A stretch of DNA of 51,773 nt from Candidatus Margulisiibacteriota bacterium (GCA_042563095.1 JBHPMS010000004.1:1-51773), one strand, 5' to 3'; counted from the first letter of the stretch, positions 13,295 to 23,308 are shown. Notes: generated by a model from the sequence alone, not told the origin. Numbers and translations: made by a program.

Positions 13295-14644
13295 ATGTAT
13301 AACAGAAGAGTTATTAAGTTTTTAGATAAATGGAGACAAAGAAAGCAAAGAAAGCCCTTGATATTGAGAGGTGCCAGGCAAGTTGGGAAGACATCGGCAG
13401 TAGAAATTTTTGCAAAAAGATACTTTAAATACTTAATTGATATCAACCTAGAGAAAGCTGAACATTTGAGGTTATTTAATAATCAGCCTTCGCTAGATGA
13501 ATTTTTAACAATTATCAAAGCAGAGTTTAAAATTTCTATCATTCCCGGAGAAACGTTAATTTTTATTGATGAAATTCAAAATTCTCCTCACTTAATAAAA
13601 CTGTTGAGATTTTTTTATGAAGAACGTCCAGAATTACATATTATAGTGGCAGGTTCATTATTGGAGGCAATGATTACAAGAGAGGGTTTCTCTTTCCCGG
13701 TAGGTAGGGTGGAGTTTTGTTATATGTATCCATTGGACTTTTTTGAATACCTTGAGGCAAAACAAGAAAACGAACTTCTAAAGATGTTAAAAACTTATGA
13801 ACTTTCGCAAACAATTCCTGAGGCGATACATCAAATGGCACTTAGAATTTTTTATGAGTATGCGATGATAGGGGGGATGCCGGAGGCGGTGGCAGAATAT
13901 TTATCAAACCACGATATAAATAATGTTGTTAAAATATACTCTGCTTTGATGGCCGGTTACCTGGACGATGTCTATAAATATGCCTCGCAAGCTGATGCAA
14001 AATACATCAGCTTTATAATAGAAAATGCTCCACTTTTTGCTGGGACGCAAATAACCTACGAAAAATTCGGAGGATCTAATTTTCGTAGTCGTGAAATGAG
14101 CAAGGCTTTTACATTATTAGAAAAAGTTAGGTTGCTCTACCAAATCCGAGCAACCCAAAGCAATAGCTTGCCTTTGGTTCCAAAAGAGAGGAGGGCAAAA
14201 AAGTTAATATATGTTGATATCGGACTAATTAACTATCGCCTGAACGTCTTAAATGAGTATTTGAGCATTAATGATTTTGGCGGTTTTTTTAGGGGGAAAA
14301 TGGCCGAACAACTAGTTGCTCAAAATATTTTTTCACAATATATTGATGAGGTTCCAAGGATTTATTATTGGGCGAGAGACAGAAAGGAAGGAAGCGCCGA
14401 AGTAGACTTCTGTCTCAACTTCAAAGGGAAGACTTTGGGGGTTGAAGTCAAAAGCGGGAAAGTTGGGAGATTAAAATCCCTAAGCATTTTTGCTAAATAT
14501 AATCAAGAAAGTACACTTATAAGAGTTTATAGCGGCAGGTTAACCAAAGAAAAAATAAATAATAGAAATATGATTTCCCTTCCCTTTTATATGGTGCCGA
14601 GAATATTTGATTTTATTGATACAAATAGTGGATCAAGTCCATGA
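13295..14644 (+). CDS. AAA_14 ATPase with DUF4143-like / PD-(D/E)xK C-terminus
   Basis: GARQVGKT, IFIDEIQ, GGMPE, EVDF...VEVKSG. Confidence 0.9.
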   Translation: MYNRRVIKFLDKWRQRKQRKPLILRGARQVGKTSAVEIFAKRYFKYLIDINLEKAEHLRLFNNQPSLDEFLTIIKAEFKISIIPGETLIFIDEIQNSPHLIKLLRFFYEERPELHIIVAGSLLEAMITREGFSFPVGRVEFCYMYPLDFFEYLEAKQENELLKMLKTYELSQTIPEAIHQMALRIFYEYAMIGGMPEAVAEYLSNHDINNVVKIYSALMAGYLDDVYKYASQADAKYISFIIENAPLFAGTQITYEKFGGSNFRSREMSKAFTLLEKVRLLYQIRATQSNSLPLVPKERRAKKLIYVDIGLINYRLNVLNEYLSINDFGGFFRGKMAEQLVAQNIFSQYIDEVPRIYYWARDRKEGSAEVDFCLNFKGKTLGVEVKSGKVGRLKSLSIFAKYNQESTLIRVYSGRLTKEKINNRNMISLPFYMVPRIFDFIDTNSGSSP

Positions 14645-15708
14645 CCAATAAAACACCTCTCTACACTAAACACCTCGAACTAAAAGCTAAAATGATTCCC
14701 TTTGCCGGGTGGGAGATGCCAATATCTTATCCAACCGGGATAATTGCTGAACATAAAGCAGTTAGAGCTTCTTGTGGGATTTTTGATATTGGGCATATGG
14801 GACTTATCAAGATTAAAGATAAAAGAGAAAAGATAAAAGCTATGGAAGATTATATTAATAAAATTACAACGAATGATGTGAGGAAATTGGTGGATTATTC
14901 ATCGCAGTATTCGATTATTTGTAATGAGGAGGGGGGGGTTGTAGATGATATCCTAGTATATAAATTTCCGGAACATTATACTCTTGTTGTCAATGCCTCC
15001 AATACTGATAAAGTGATTGATTGGCTTTCAAAATTTAGCGGAGAGATACAGTTTGAACTTCTAACCAATGTCAGTCTGCTAGCGGTGCAGGGGCCACAAG
15101 CAAAGGGGGTGATTGAAAAATTGACCGGAACAGCTCCGGCAGTTAAAAGAAATCACTGTTATCATTACAAAGACCTGATTATTTCGAGAACCGGATATAC
15201 CGGAGAAGACGGGTACGAACTTTTTGTGCCGCATAAGACAATAGAAGAGCTCTGGGGATTTTTCATTGACCAAAAAGTTAAGCCGTGCGGATTGGGATGT
15301 CGTGATACGCTCCGCCTGGAAGCAGGTTACCCACTTTACGGGAACGAATATAATGATAAGACCACTCCGCTGGAAGCCGGTTATAACTGGGCGGTTAAAC
15401 TGGACAAAGGACAATTTGTTGGACAAGAGAAGCTCATAACCGAAAAAGAAACGGGTGTCCACAAACGGTTGGTTGGAATGGTCTTATCCGAAAAAACGGT
15501 TCCTCGCCATGGTTTTAAAGTTTTTGATGTGGGGGCGGGGCAGATCGGGGAGGTTACCTCCGGAACCTTTTCACCCTCACTTGAAAAACCGATCGCAATG
15601 GCGTATATTAATAGTGGATACACGGGGAACCAGCTTGATGTAGAAATCAGAGGGAAAAGGGTCTCGGCCGAAATTGTAAGCCTCCCGTTCTATAAAAGAA
15701 AAACATGA
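14641..15708 (+). CDS. gcvT: Glycine cleavage T protein
   Basis: FAGWEMP, FDIGHMG, SRTGYTGEDGYE, GLGCRDTLRLEAG. Confidence 0.97.
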   Translation: MTNKTPLYTKHLELKAKMIPFAGWEMPISYPTGIIAEHKAVRASCGIFDIGHMGLIKIKDKREKIKAMEDYINKITTNDVRKLVDYSSQYSIICNEEGGVVDDILVYKFPEHYTLVVNASNTDKVIDWLSKFSGEIQFELLTNVSLLAVQGPQAKGVIEKLTGTAPAVKRNHCYHYKDLIISRTGYTGEDGYELFVPHKTIEELWGFFIDQKVKPCGLGCRDTLRLEAGYPLYGNEYNDKTTPLEAGYNWAVKLDKGQFVGQEKLITEKETGVHKRLVGMVLSEKTVPRHGFKVFDVGAGQIGEVTSGTFSPSLEKPIAMAYINSGYTGNQLDVEIRGKRVSAEIVSLPFYKRKT

Positions 15709-16007
15709 CGATTGATTACAAAAAGACTTATTATTACATTGCCACCCTGATTGCTTTTTTTATTCTTTTCTGGGGAGCGATTGATTTGTTAAGCGCGCTC
15801 TCTAGCTTTACGATCAACGATTTGGATAAAGCAAAAACACCCCAACAACAAAAACAACCAATCGATGATTATTATCAAGGGAAAATGACCCGTGAGCGGA
15901 TGAGCGATAGTTTGGTGCGTGTTCTGGTTGCGGGGAGTGTATTTATCTACTGCCGTAAAAAAATAGACACGTTGGAGGAGAAAAAACATGTATCCAGAAG
16001 AACTTAA
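15705..16007 (+). CDS. Small two-TM membrane protein inserted in the gcv operon
   Basis: Two hydrophobic segments; overlaps both neighbours. Confidence 0.65.
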   Translation: MTIDYKKTYYYIATLIAFFILFWGAIDLLSALSSFTINDLDKAKTPQQQKQPIDDYYQGKMTRERMSDSLVRVLVAGSVFIYCRKKIDTLEEKKHVSRRT

Positions 16008-16365
16008 ATATTCAAAAGACCATGAATGGATCAAGGTTGAGGGCAACATTGTAACCATAGGTATTTCGGAATATGCACAGGCGGCATTGGGGGATGTGGT
16101 TTATGTTGAGCTTCCCAAAATTGGAGAAGAAATCAAAGCAGAGCAAGAGTTTGGAGTTGTTGAATCAGTAAAGACGGTATCAAATTTAATTGCGCCTGTA
16201 TCCGGAAAAGTAGTAGAAGAAAATTCTGAGCTAGCTTCAACGCCCGCACTGGTTAACCAGGAGCCGTATGGAAAAGGGTGGATGATAAAAATCGAAATGG
16301 CTAATCCTCAAGAAGTTGAAAAATTGATGGGAGCAAAAGATTACGTAGATCAACTTTCGGCATGA
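15988..16365 (+). CDS. gcvH: Glycine cleavage H protein
   Basis: HEW, LGDVVYVELP, VESVK lipoyl-Lys. Confidence 0.97.
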   Translation: MYPEELKYSKDHEWIKVEGNIVTIGISEYAQAALGDVVYVELPKIGEEIKAEQEFGVVESVKTVSNLIAPVSGKVVEENSELASTPALVNQEPYGKGWMIKIEMANPQEVEKLMGAKDYVDQLSA

Positions 16366-17582
16366 AAGACATCCCACCAAAAGTTTGCCTGACCAAAGAG
16401 CTGAGCCTTCCAAAAGCAGCAGTTGAATCGGAAGTATTGAACGAACTTTATAGCCTCTCAAAAAAAAACCTAAATAGTAATGACTATGTTACTTTTTTAG
16501 GGGCCGGGAGTTACAACCACTTTATCCCCTCGGTTGTAAAACATATCTGTTCGCGGTCAGAATTCTATACCGCTTATACTCCTTATCAGGCAGAGGCAAG
16601 CCAGGGAACATTGCAAGTTATCTTTGAATACCAATCGATGATCTGTAACATAACTGGAATGGATGTGGCAAATGCATCGATGTATGATGGTTCGACCGCA
16701 ATGGCGGAGGCCGCACTATTAGCTTGTTCCCGGACCGGAAGGAATAAAATTGTTGTTTCAAAAACAGTCCCCCCAAACTATCGCCAGGTGTTAAAAACTT
16801 ATGCCGCTGGAGCTGATAAAACAGTTGTTGAGATCGATTTTGGTTCAGCTACAATTTCAAAGGACGCTGCTTGTGTGATTGTGCAACAACCTAATTTTTT
16901 CGGCTGTATCGAGCAACTAGATGGTTTAGCAGAGAAAATTCATAAGAACGGCTCTCTCTTTATTGTTTCGGTCGATCCAATTTCGCTCGGAATATTAAGA
17001 CCGCCTGGCGAGTATGGAGCTGATATTGTAGTAGGGGAAGGGCAATCACTTGGAAATCCGCAATGTTTTGGTGGCCCGGGATTAGGCGTTTTTGCAGTAA
17101 AAAATTCTCTGGTGCGGCAGCTTCCGGGTCGGATTGTTGGGATGACCGAGGATAAGGCCGGTGCCCCGGCGTACTGCTTAACACTTCAAACTCGCGAGCA
17201 GCATATTCGACGTGAACGGGCTGGATCTAACATTTGCAGCAACGAAGCTCTTTGTGCATTAGCTGCTGCAGTATATTTAACTTCGGTCGGGGCGAAAGGT
17301 TTGAAAAAGGCCGCAGAAACTTCGATGGAGCAAGCGCACTACTTGGCTGAAAAACTGAAAGATAAATTATTATTCCCTAAAGCAGTCTTTTTCAAAGAAT
17401 TTGCAATTAAGCTTGATAAGCCGGTATCCGAAATAAATAAGAAACTACTAAAAAATAATATTATCGGCGGCTTTGACCTTTCAAAATTCTATCCGGAATA
17501 TAAGAACTGTATGCTGATTGCGGTTACAGAACAGATAAAGAAAGAAGACCTGGAGCGGTTTGCAAAATTAATTCAGGCTTAG
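16362..17582 (+). CDS. gcvPA: Glycine dehydrogenase subunit 1
   Basis: TAYTPYQAEASQG, NASMYDG, LQTREQHIRRE..SNIC. Confidence 0.95.
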   Translation: MKDIPPKVCLTKELSLPKAAVESEVLNELYSLSKKNLNSNDYVTFLGAGSYNHFIPSVVKHICSRSEFYTAYTPYQAEASQGTLQVIFEYQSMICNITGMDVANASMYDGSTAMAEAALLACSRTGRNKIVVSKTVPPNYRQVLKTYAAGADKTVVEIDFGSATISKDAACVIVQQPNFFGCIEQLDGLAEKIHKNGSLFIVSVDPISLGILRPPGEYGADIVVGEGQSLGNPQCFGGPGLGVFAVKNSLVRQLPGRIVGMTEDKAGAPAYCLTLQTREQHIRRERAGSNICSNEALCALAAAVYLTSVGAKGLKKAAETSMEQAHYLAEKLKDKLLFPKAVFFKEFAIKLDKPVSEINKKLLKNNIIGGFDLSKFYPEYKNCMLIAVTEQIKKEDLERFAKLIQA

Positions 17583-18083
17583 GTCTTTCCTCGATAACGG
17601 TTTGTCGATCACAAAGCCTTCCCCTCCCAAAACGACCTCCTCTTCCCCGTTTACCGTAATTTTGACCTTATCAATGCCGGGGAGTTCGGTGAAACTATAG
17701 ACGATCTGTCCGATCAGGGCTTGAATCCGAGAGGCGCCGCCGCCATAGCCTTCTAATTTTTGGTTGAAGTCTACCAGGGCGATGTTTTTAATTCTAGTAA
17801 CACTCAAAATAGCAGTATCGGCAGGGATTTCGGAATAAAAACCCTTTACCTGCTCATCTCGATTTGGCCCGGTTGTTATGGAGTTTGCAATTGTTAGAAG
17901 GGGGGAGTTGTCGTTTAACTTGCGCTTAACCGATTTTAACTTTTCATCCTTTAAAAAGTAAACCTTAACGTTTGAAGCGAAAACGAAAAGGTTAATCAAA
18001 TAAGCAAAAACAAAGAGCAGTGCAATTGAGCCAAGGCGGAGTAAAAACTTTTTATTATTTAATAGCCTTTTAACTTTTCGCAT
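17568..18083 (-). CDS. GerMN-domain membrane-anchored protein
   Basis: TM anchor, VYF, GP...G..SEIP, QIVYSFTE..GIDKV; start moved to ATG 18083. Confidence 0.85.
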   Translation of the reverse strand: MRKVKRLLNNKKFLLRLGSIALLFVFAYLINLFVFASNVKVYFLKDEKLKSVKRKLNDNSPLLTIANSITTGPNRDEQVKGFYSEIPADTAILSVTRIKNIALVDFNQKLEGYGGGASRIQALIGQIVYSFTELPGIDKVKITVNGEEEVVLGGEGFVIDKPLSRKDLSLN

Positions 18084-18150
18084 ACCAGTAGTTATAGTAT
18101 AACATAGCAGTTTCACTTTAGAAAAGAGCTGCTCTAATGTATAATATAAT

Positions 18151-18357
18151 ATGCAAAATCCGCCCGAAAAAACCAGGCTGCTTATAAAGATTAATGCTCC
18201 AATGAAAAAGATCGAACAGGCGGTTAGCCAAATTAATGCAATCAAAACAGGCCACCTGACAGAACAGCAGCAGAGAGCAATCAACAACATTAAAACAAAT
18301 TATCAGGAATTTGTTGATCGGTTGACTTTATATTTAACAGGAAAAGAGCTTGCATAA
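18151..18357 (+). CDS. Small degenerate HisKA(DHp)-like helical hairpin lacking the phospho-His
   Basis: IKINAPM...KTGHLTEQQQRAINNI aligns by eye to HELRTPL...G.LTE.Q...L. Confidence 0.5.
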   Translation: MQNPPEKTRLLIKINAPMKKIEQAVSQINAIKTGHLTEQQQRAINNIKTNYQEFVDRLTLYLTGKELA

Positions 18358-18551
18358 TGTCAGAAAAAAAAGATAGAATAGTGCACAAACTATTACATCC
18401 CTTAATTTTGATCCATGGTTATACTACATTAATAGCGGATGACCCGGACTTTCCTATTAGCAAGAAAGAAAAGAAAATAATCGGAGAGCTGGGAGGAGAG
18501 GCTCTAAAATTGTCGAGTATAATTAGGAGGCACGTAAATCGATATGAATGA
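18357..18551 (+). CDS. Small stand-alone HisKA(DHp)-like protein
   Basis: H-box-like IVHKLLHPLILIHGYTTLI. Confidence 0.55.
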   Translation: MSEKKDRIVHKLLHPLILIHGYTTLIADDPDFPISKKEKKIIGELGGEALKLSSIIRRHVNRYE

Positions 18552-18930
18552 GGAAAAAAGAAAAAAACTCGGAGAAAAAACTCTGCCACTGATCAAGGAG
18601 AGCAGGGAAAAAGCAGCTCAGTTTAACTATGCAGAAATAAAGCTTGAGCAGAGAACGTTAATGCAAAAAACATTCAGAGAACAGGGGGAAAGGCTGGAAA
18701 ACAATTTGCAGCTTTATGTTAAAGGAGAAAGCTTTGAGATTCCAGAGGAAGAAAAGGATCTCTTAGAGCACAAGCTCTTAAAACCGTTAGTAGTAGTACA
18801 TTTGGCGGCCTCTGCCATAATTGATGGGAGCGTTGGGAAGATTAGCGAACCTCAAATGAAAAAGATGGTCAGGATCAGGAATCTAATGAAACAAATTGAG
18901 AAAGAAGTGCGGCACTGTTTCAATAAATAG
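18544..18930 (+). CDS. Protein with C-terminal HisKA(DHp)-like hairpin
   Basis: LEHKLLKPLVVV...DGSVGKISEPQ. Confidence 0.55.
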   Translation: MNEEKRKKLGEKTLPLIKESREKAAQFNYAEIKLEQRTLMQKTFREQGERLENNLQLYVKGESFEIPEEEKDLLEHKLLKPLVVVHLAASAIIDGSVGKISEPQMKKMVRIRNLMKQIEKEVRHCFNK

Positions 18931-18974
18931 TAGTTGTAAATAAGAGAAAAAAAGGGGTATAATTATTTAGGCTT

Positions 18975-19355
18975 ATGGCAGAAGAAAAACCGAAAAAAAT
19001 ATTGATTGTTGAAGATGCGCCAGAAGTTTTGATGATCCTAGAAAACTTTTTGCGTGTACATGGTTTTGAGGTTCAGACCGCACTCGATGCTTACCAGGGA
19101 TTAGACCGGATTGAGAGTGATATGCCAGATTTGATCCTGCTCGATGTCAGGATGCCGGGGATGGATGGCTACCAGTTTTGTGAAAAGATTAAAACTGACG
19201 AAAAGTACAAACACGTTCCAATTATCATTGTTTCGGTCAAATGTTCACCGGAAGATGTTAAGAAAGGGATAGACAAAGGGGCTTCGGCCTATATCCCCAA
19301 ACCGTTTGATCCGGATGAAGTTATTGCAAAAGTAAAAGAACTCCTCTCACAATAG
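18975..19355 (+). CDS. Stand-alone response-regulator receiver domain
   Basis: ILIVED, PDLILLDVRMPGMDG, YIPKPF; no output domain. Confidence 0.95.
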   Translation: MAEEKPKKILIVEDAPEVLMILENFLRVHGFEVQTALDAYQGLDRIESDMPDLILLDVRMPGMDGYQFCEKIKTDEKYKHVPIIIVSVKCSPEDVKKGIDKGASAYIPKPFDPDEVIAKVKELLSQ

Positions 19356-19359
19356 CGCT

Positions 19360-22140
19360 GTGGATTTTCTTTCCGATAAACTATCAAGCGGGAGCAGACG
19401 AATTGTCATAAACGCACTCCCGCAACCGGCCAGGGCTGTTTTTTTCTCAACACTTATAAAACAAGATCAGCGGCCTTTTTTGATTGTTACGGCCCATTTG
19501 CACGAGGCGGTTGCACTGGCAAGTACAATTGGAGGAGAACTTTTTCCGGCACCAGATGGGGGACTTGAAACAACCGCTGCCAGGCTTAAACTTTTAAACA
19601 CACTGCCAAAAATCATAGTTGCGCCGCTTAAGGCATTGATGAGAAAAACAACCTCAAAATTAGAAATTAGAAAATCAAGATTAGAAATTAGGGCCAATAC
19701 CGAGTACTCAGTTGAACAATTAATTTCAAAGTTTGTGCAGTTTGGTTACACAAGACAGGAAATTGTGGGAGAGAGGGGAGAGTTTGCGGTGAGAGGGGGG
19801 ATTGTTGATATATTTTTTGATGATCCGGTCAGGATCGAATTTTTTGGAGAAAAAGTTGAATCAATCCGCAGCTTTGATTGTGCAACGCAGCGCTCAATAA
19901 AAAAGCTGGGCTCGGTAACAATATATCCAACCACGGAGGAAGGGAATACTTCTTTTTTTGAACACCTGGATAAAAAGACCGTAATCTTCTGGGACGAGCC
20001 GATGAAGCTCAGGCTGATCGCAGAAAGAAACTTAGACGAAGAAGTTGCTCCAGGCGTATCTTTTGAGGAAATAGAGAATTTCTTAAAGAACTTTCAAGTG
20101 ATTGAAAATAATCCGCTGGAAGATGGGATAAAAATTGGTTTGTCAGATTTTGGGCAGGAGGCATTAACGCAGCCTGAAAAGAAAGTTAAAAAACCTAAAA
20201 AACCCGCAGCCGAAGGGATTAACCGGGAGCTCTTGCTTGAGCTGAAAGCTGGCGACCTGGTAGTGCATGAAAACTATGGAATTGGGATTTATGGCGGGAT
20301 GCAGAAGATGGAGGTGGATCAGGTTACCCAGGAATACTTATTAATTAATTATGCCAAAGAGGACCGCCTCTTTGTCCCGCTGCAGCAGATGGGATTGATC
20401 GAAAAGTATTCTGGCGGAGTTGCTCCAAAGATCCATCGGCTTTCAGGCGGAGAGTGGAAAAAAACCAGGCAGAAAATTGAGAAAGGGTTAGAAAAACTTA
20501 CTAAAGATCTTCTGCTCCTTTATGCAGTGCGGAATAAATCAACCGGTTTTTCTTTCCCGTCTGAATCGGAATGGCAGCATGACCTGGCCGGCTCTTTTCA
20601 ATACGAAGAGACCGCTGATCAGCGTAAGGCTATAAGTGATGTAAAAAAAGATATGGAGTCGGCCCTGCCGATGGACCGGTTAGTTTTGGGGGATGTGGGG
20701 TATGGCAAGACAGAGGTTGCACTGAGGGCCTCCTTTAAAGCCGCGGTTTCTGGTAAGCAGGTGGCAGTCTTGGCCCCTACCACAATTCTGGTAGAGCAGC
20801 ATTATGCGACTTTTGAAGCTCGCCTAAAACCGTATCCGGTAAAAGTTGCAGGGCTTAGCCGCTTTAAATCAAAAGAGGAGCAGAAAATAATTGTAGAGCA
20901 GATCAAAAATGGAGAGATTGATATAGTTATCGGGACCCATCGCTTATTGCAAAAAGATATTACATTTGCTGATCTTGGGCTTTTGATCATTGACGAGGAA
21001 CAGCGTTTTGGAGTAGGGCATAAAGAAAAGATCAAACAATTCAAGAAAAACGTTGATGTATTAACTCTTTCCGCCACCCCCATACCCCGAACGCTCAACA
21101 TGTCGTTATCGGGTGTTCGTGACATGAGCTTGATAAACACGGCTCCACTCGACCGCTTACCGATTAGAACCCACGTTTTACCCTGGAATGAGTCGTTGAT
21201 AAAAGAAGTCATTGATCGTGAGCTTGATCGGGGTGGGCAAGTGTATTTTGTCCATAACTTTGTACAAACCATTAATAACCGGGCAAAAAAAATAAAAGAG
21301 CTAATTCCTGACGCGAAGGTTGGGATTGCCCATGGGCAGATGCGGGAATTTGAACTGGCCAAAGTTATGCGCAACTTTTTAGAACGCAAATATGATGTCT
21401 TAGTCTGCACTACCATAATCGAATCGGGGCTTGATATCCCGAACGTAAACACAATGCTGGTTGACCATGCCGAACGCTTTGGCCTGGCCCAGCTTTATCA
21501 ACTACGCGGCCGGATCGGCCGCTCCCCAACTCGAGCATATGCTTATCTGCTTTACCATAAAGAAGAGTTGTTAACCGAGGTTGCGCTCGAGCGGCTCAAG
21601 GCAATTCAAGAATTTACCCGGCTCGGTTCTGGTTATCGGCTGGCTTTGCGTGATCTTGAAATCCGTGGAGCGGGAACACTATTGGGTGCCAGGCAATCCG
21701 GGCATATTGCTCAGATTGGATTTGATATGTACTGCGATCTTTTGGAAGAGGCCGTGAGAAAAGCGAAGGGGATCGAGATACCAGCCCCAAGGCAGGTTGT
21801 GGTTGATATAAAAATATCAGCTTACATTCCGGACGATTATATCACTGACGAAAAACAACGTATTGCTACTTATCGCAGACTAACTCTTTTAGACTCAACC
21901 GAAAAACTTCAGGAGATGAAAAAAGAACTAATTGACCGCTTTGGTAAGATTCCGCAACAATTAAAAATACTCATAAAAATCATTCAGCTAAAAATCATTG
22001 CACAAAAAGCAGGGATTAAAATAATCAGGGAAGAGGGCCGACAGCTTTATGTTGAATGGTTTGACGGCAGGCACAAGCTTTTTAAAAAGCCTAATTCAGA
22101 TATTCTTTTACAAGTTTTGGAGAAGAAGTTTCGGCAATAA
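19360..22140 (+). CDS. mfd: Transcription-repair coupling factor (compact)
   Basis: RGGIVDIF, VVHENYGIG, GDVGYGKTEVA, DEEQRFGV, QLRGRIGRS, TRCF tail. Confidence 0.95.
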   Translation: MDFLSDKLSSGSRRIVINALPQPARAVFFSTLIKQDQRPFLIVTAHLHEAVALASTIGGELFPAPDGGLETTAARLKLLNTLPKIIVAPLKALMRKTTSKLEIRKSRLEIRANTEYSVEQLISKFVQFGYTRQEIVGERGEFAVRGGIVDIFFDDPVRIEFFGEKVESIRSFDCATQRSIKKLGSVTIYPTTEEGNTSFFEHLDKKTVIFWDEPMKLRLIAERNLDEEVAPGVSFEEIENFLKNFQVIENNPLEDGIKIGLSDFGQEALTQPEKKVKKPKKPAAEGINRELLLELKAGDLVVHENYGIGIYGGMQKMEVDQVTQEYLLINYAKEDRLFVPLQQMGLIEKYSGGVAPKIHRLSGGEWKKTRQKIEKGLEKLTKDLLLLYAVRNKSTGFSFPSESEWQHDLAGSFQYEETADQRKAISDVKKDMESALPMDRLVLGDVGYGKTEVALRASFKAAVSGKQVAVLAPTTILVEQHYATFEARLKPYPVKVAGLSRFKSKEEQKIIVEQIKNGEIDIVIGTHRLLQKDITFADLGLLIIDEEQRFGVGHKEKIKQFKKNVDVLTLSATPIPRTLNMSLSGVRDMSLINTAPLDRLPIRTHVLPWNESLIKEVIDRELDRGGQVYFVHNFVQTINNRAKKIKELIPDAKVGIAHGQMREFELAKVMRNFLERKYDVLVCTTIIESGLDIPNVNTMLVDHAERFGLAQLYQLRGRIGRSPTRAYAYLLYHKEELLTEVALERLKAIQEFTRLGSGYRLALRDLEIRGAGTLLGARQSGHIAQIGFDMYCDLLEEAVRKAKGIEIPAPRQVVVDIKISAYIPDDYITDEKQRIATYRRLTLLDSTEKLQEMKKELIDRFGKIPQQLKILIKIIQLKIIAQKAGIKIIREEGRQLYVEWFDGRHKLFKKPNSDILLQVLEKKFRQ

Positions 22141-22411
22141 GTTTGCCGTTTTGGTCTTTTATCATAAGCACACCATCTTTAACAATGATCTGGTCGTTAT
22201 AAATATTATTCTGATGAACCTTTTTTAAGTAGAGACCGATTAAAAATTCCGCCATTTGAGGATTTATATGTCCTCTTACAAACGGATGCGGCTCTATTTG
22301 AATTTCTGTGTGCCTGGCTTTTATTACCGGAGCCTTATGATGCTTCCGCCAGAGTTTTTTCAGCGCCGCTTCAAGGCGGTCAAGATATGATATTGGTTTC
22401 TTCTTGTGCAT
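22091..22411 (-). CDS. Hypothetical basic protein
   Basis: Translationally coupled to 22411-23124 (TAATG overlap). Confidence 0.55.
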   Translation of the reverse strand: MHKKKPISYLDRLEAALKKLWRKHHKAPVIKARHTEIQIEPHPFVRGHINPQMAEFLIGLYLKKVHQNNIYNDQIIVKDGVLMIKDQNGKLIAETSSPKLVKEYLN

Positions 22412-23124
22412 TAGACCGGCCTCCCTCCATTCAACACAGAAAGGCTTCTTCCTCCCTTTTCGGCTGCCTGTTGTGATATGCCGAGTTCAGGAGCAAGGCG
22501 TGCAAATAATTTGGCTGGCTGATGAACTGTTGAAGTTTTGTTTTTTGCTGTTACATGATGCGCACCGTGTGCATGTTGTAATTTTTCTCCACGAAAATGG
22601 GGTGTTCTATTATGTGCCACTGCATTAATTTGTTCATGTGGATGGCTTTTTTGCTTTCCAAGTAATATTTCAGCAGCATTTTGTTGGTTTGGATTTTTTG
22701 CAATGCGATTAATTCTACCGGCAAATTTTGATGCGTTTTGTTTGGCAAGTTTCTTTAATGGTTTGGGTAATTTTTTTGGTGTACCCGGTTTGTCAGGCAA
22801 TGGAGTCATTTCTTCAAAAAGGGCTATGGCCGCTCCTCCGGTTTCAGCCAGGTCAGAGATGCCAACCTTTTCAAGAATTTCGTTCAAAGTTAAACCGGAA
22901 AAAGAAAGACCGATACTGTCATCAATGAATTTTACAGCACCAATAACTTTTTTCTTTAAAAAATCAATTCCTTCTCTTGCAACTTTTTCATTTTGTTCTG
23001 GTATTTTTGCTTCTTGCTGGTGCCCCGCATTAGTTTTTTTGGCAAGAATCTCTGTATAAGACATAAGCCTTGGTTTGTGTGATGTTTGAGGAACTTTTTT
23101 TGGTATTTGTGCGTTGAAAGCCAT
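22411..23124 (-). CDS. Hypothetical basic, His/Lys/Pro-rich protein
   Basis: SD GGAGG and sigma28-like promoter upstream. Confidence 0.65.
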   Translation of the reverse strand: MAFNAQIPKKVPQTSHKPRLMSYTEILAKKTNAGHQQEAKIPEQNEKVAREGIDFLKKKVIGAVKFIDDSIGLSFSGLTLNEILEKVGISDLAETGGAAIALFEEMTPLPDKPGTPKKLPKPLKKLAKQNASKFAGRINRIAKNPNQQNAAEILLGKQKSHPHEQINAVAHNRTPHFRGEKLQHAHGAHHVTAKNKTSTVHQPAKLFARLAPELGISQQAAEKGGRSLSVLNGGRPV

Positions 23125-23142
23125 CTCTTCCCTCCACTTATA

Positions 23143-23169
23143 TTATCGATATAATAAGGAAAAAACTTG
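23143..23169 (-). promoter_or_regulatory. sigma28-like promoter CAAG-N15-ATCGATAA
   Basis: Read directly. Confidence 0.6.
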
Positions 23170-23170
23170 T

Positions 23171-23308
23171 GCCCTCACCCTGGTTTTTTTGATAATTGAT
23201 TGCGAATTGATTTTAGTCCCTCTCCCATTCAATAATATTTTGTAATATGTATGGGAGAGGGACAACGAACCAATTCCTGTGCTAAGATCAAGATATGAGG
23301 GTGAGGGC
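23171..23308. repeat. Nested inverted-repeat (REP/MITE-like) element
   Basis: GCCCTCACCCT(23171-81)/AGGGTGAGGGC(23298-308) enclosing GTCCCTCTCCCAT(23216-28)/ATGGGAGAGGGAC(23251-63). Confidence 0.8.
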
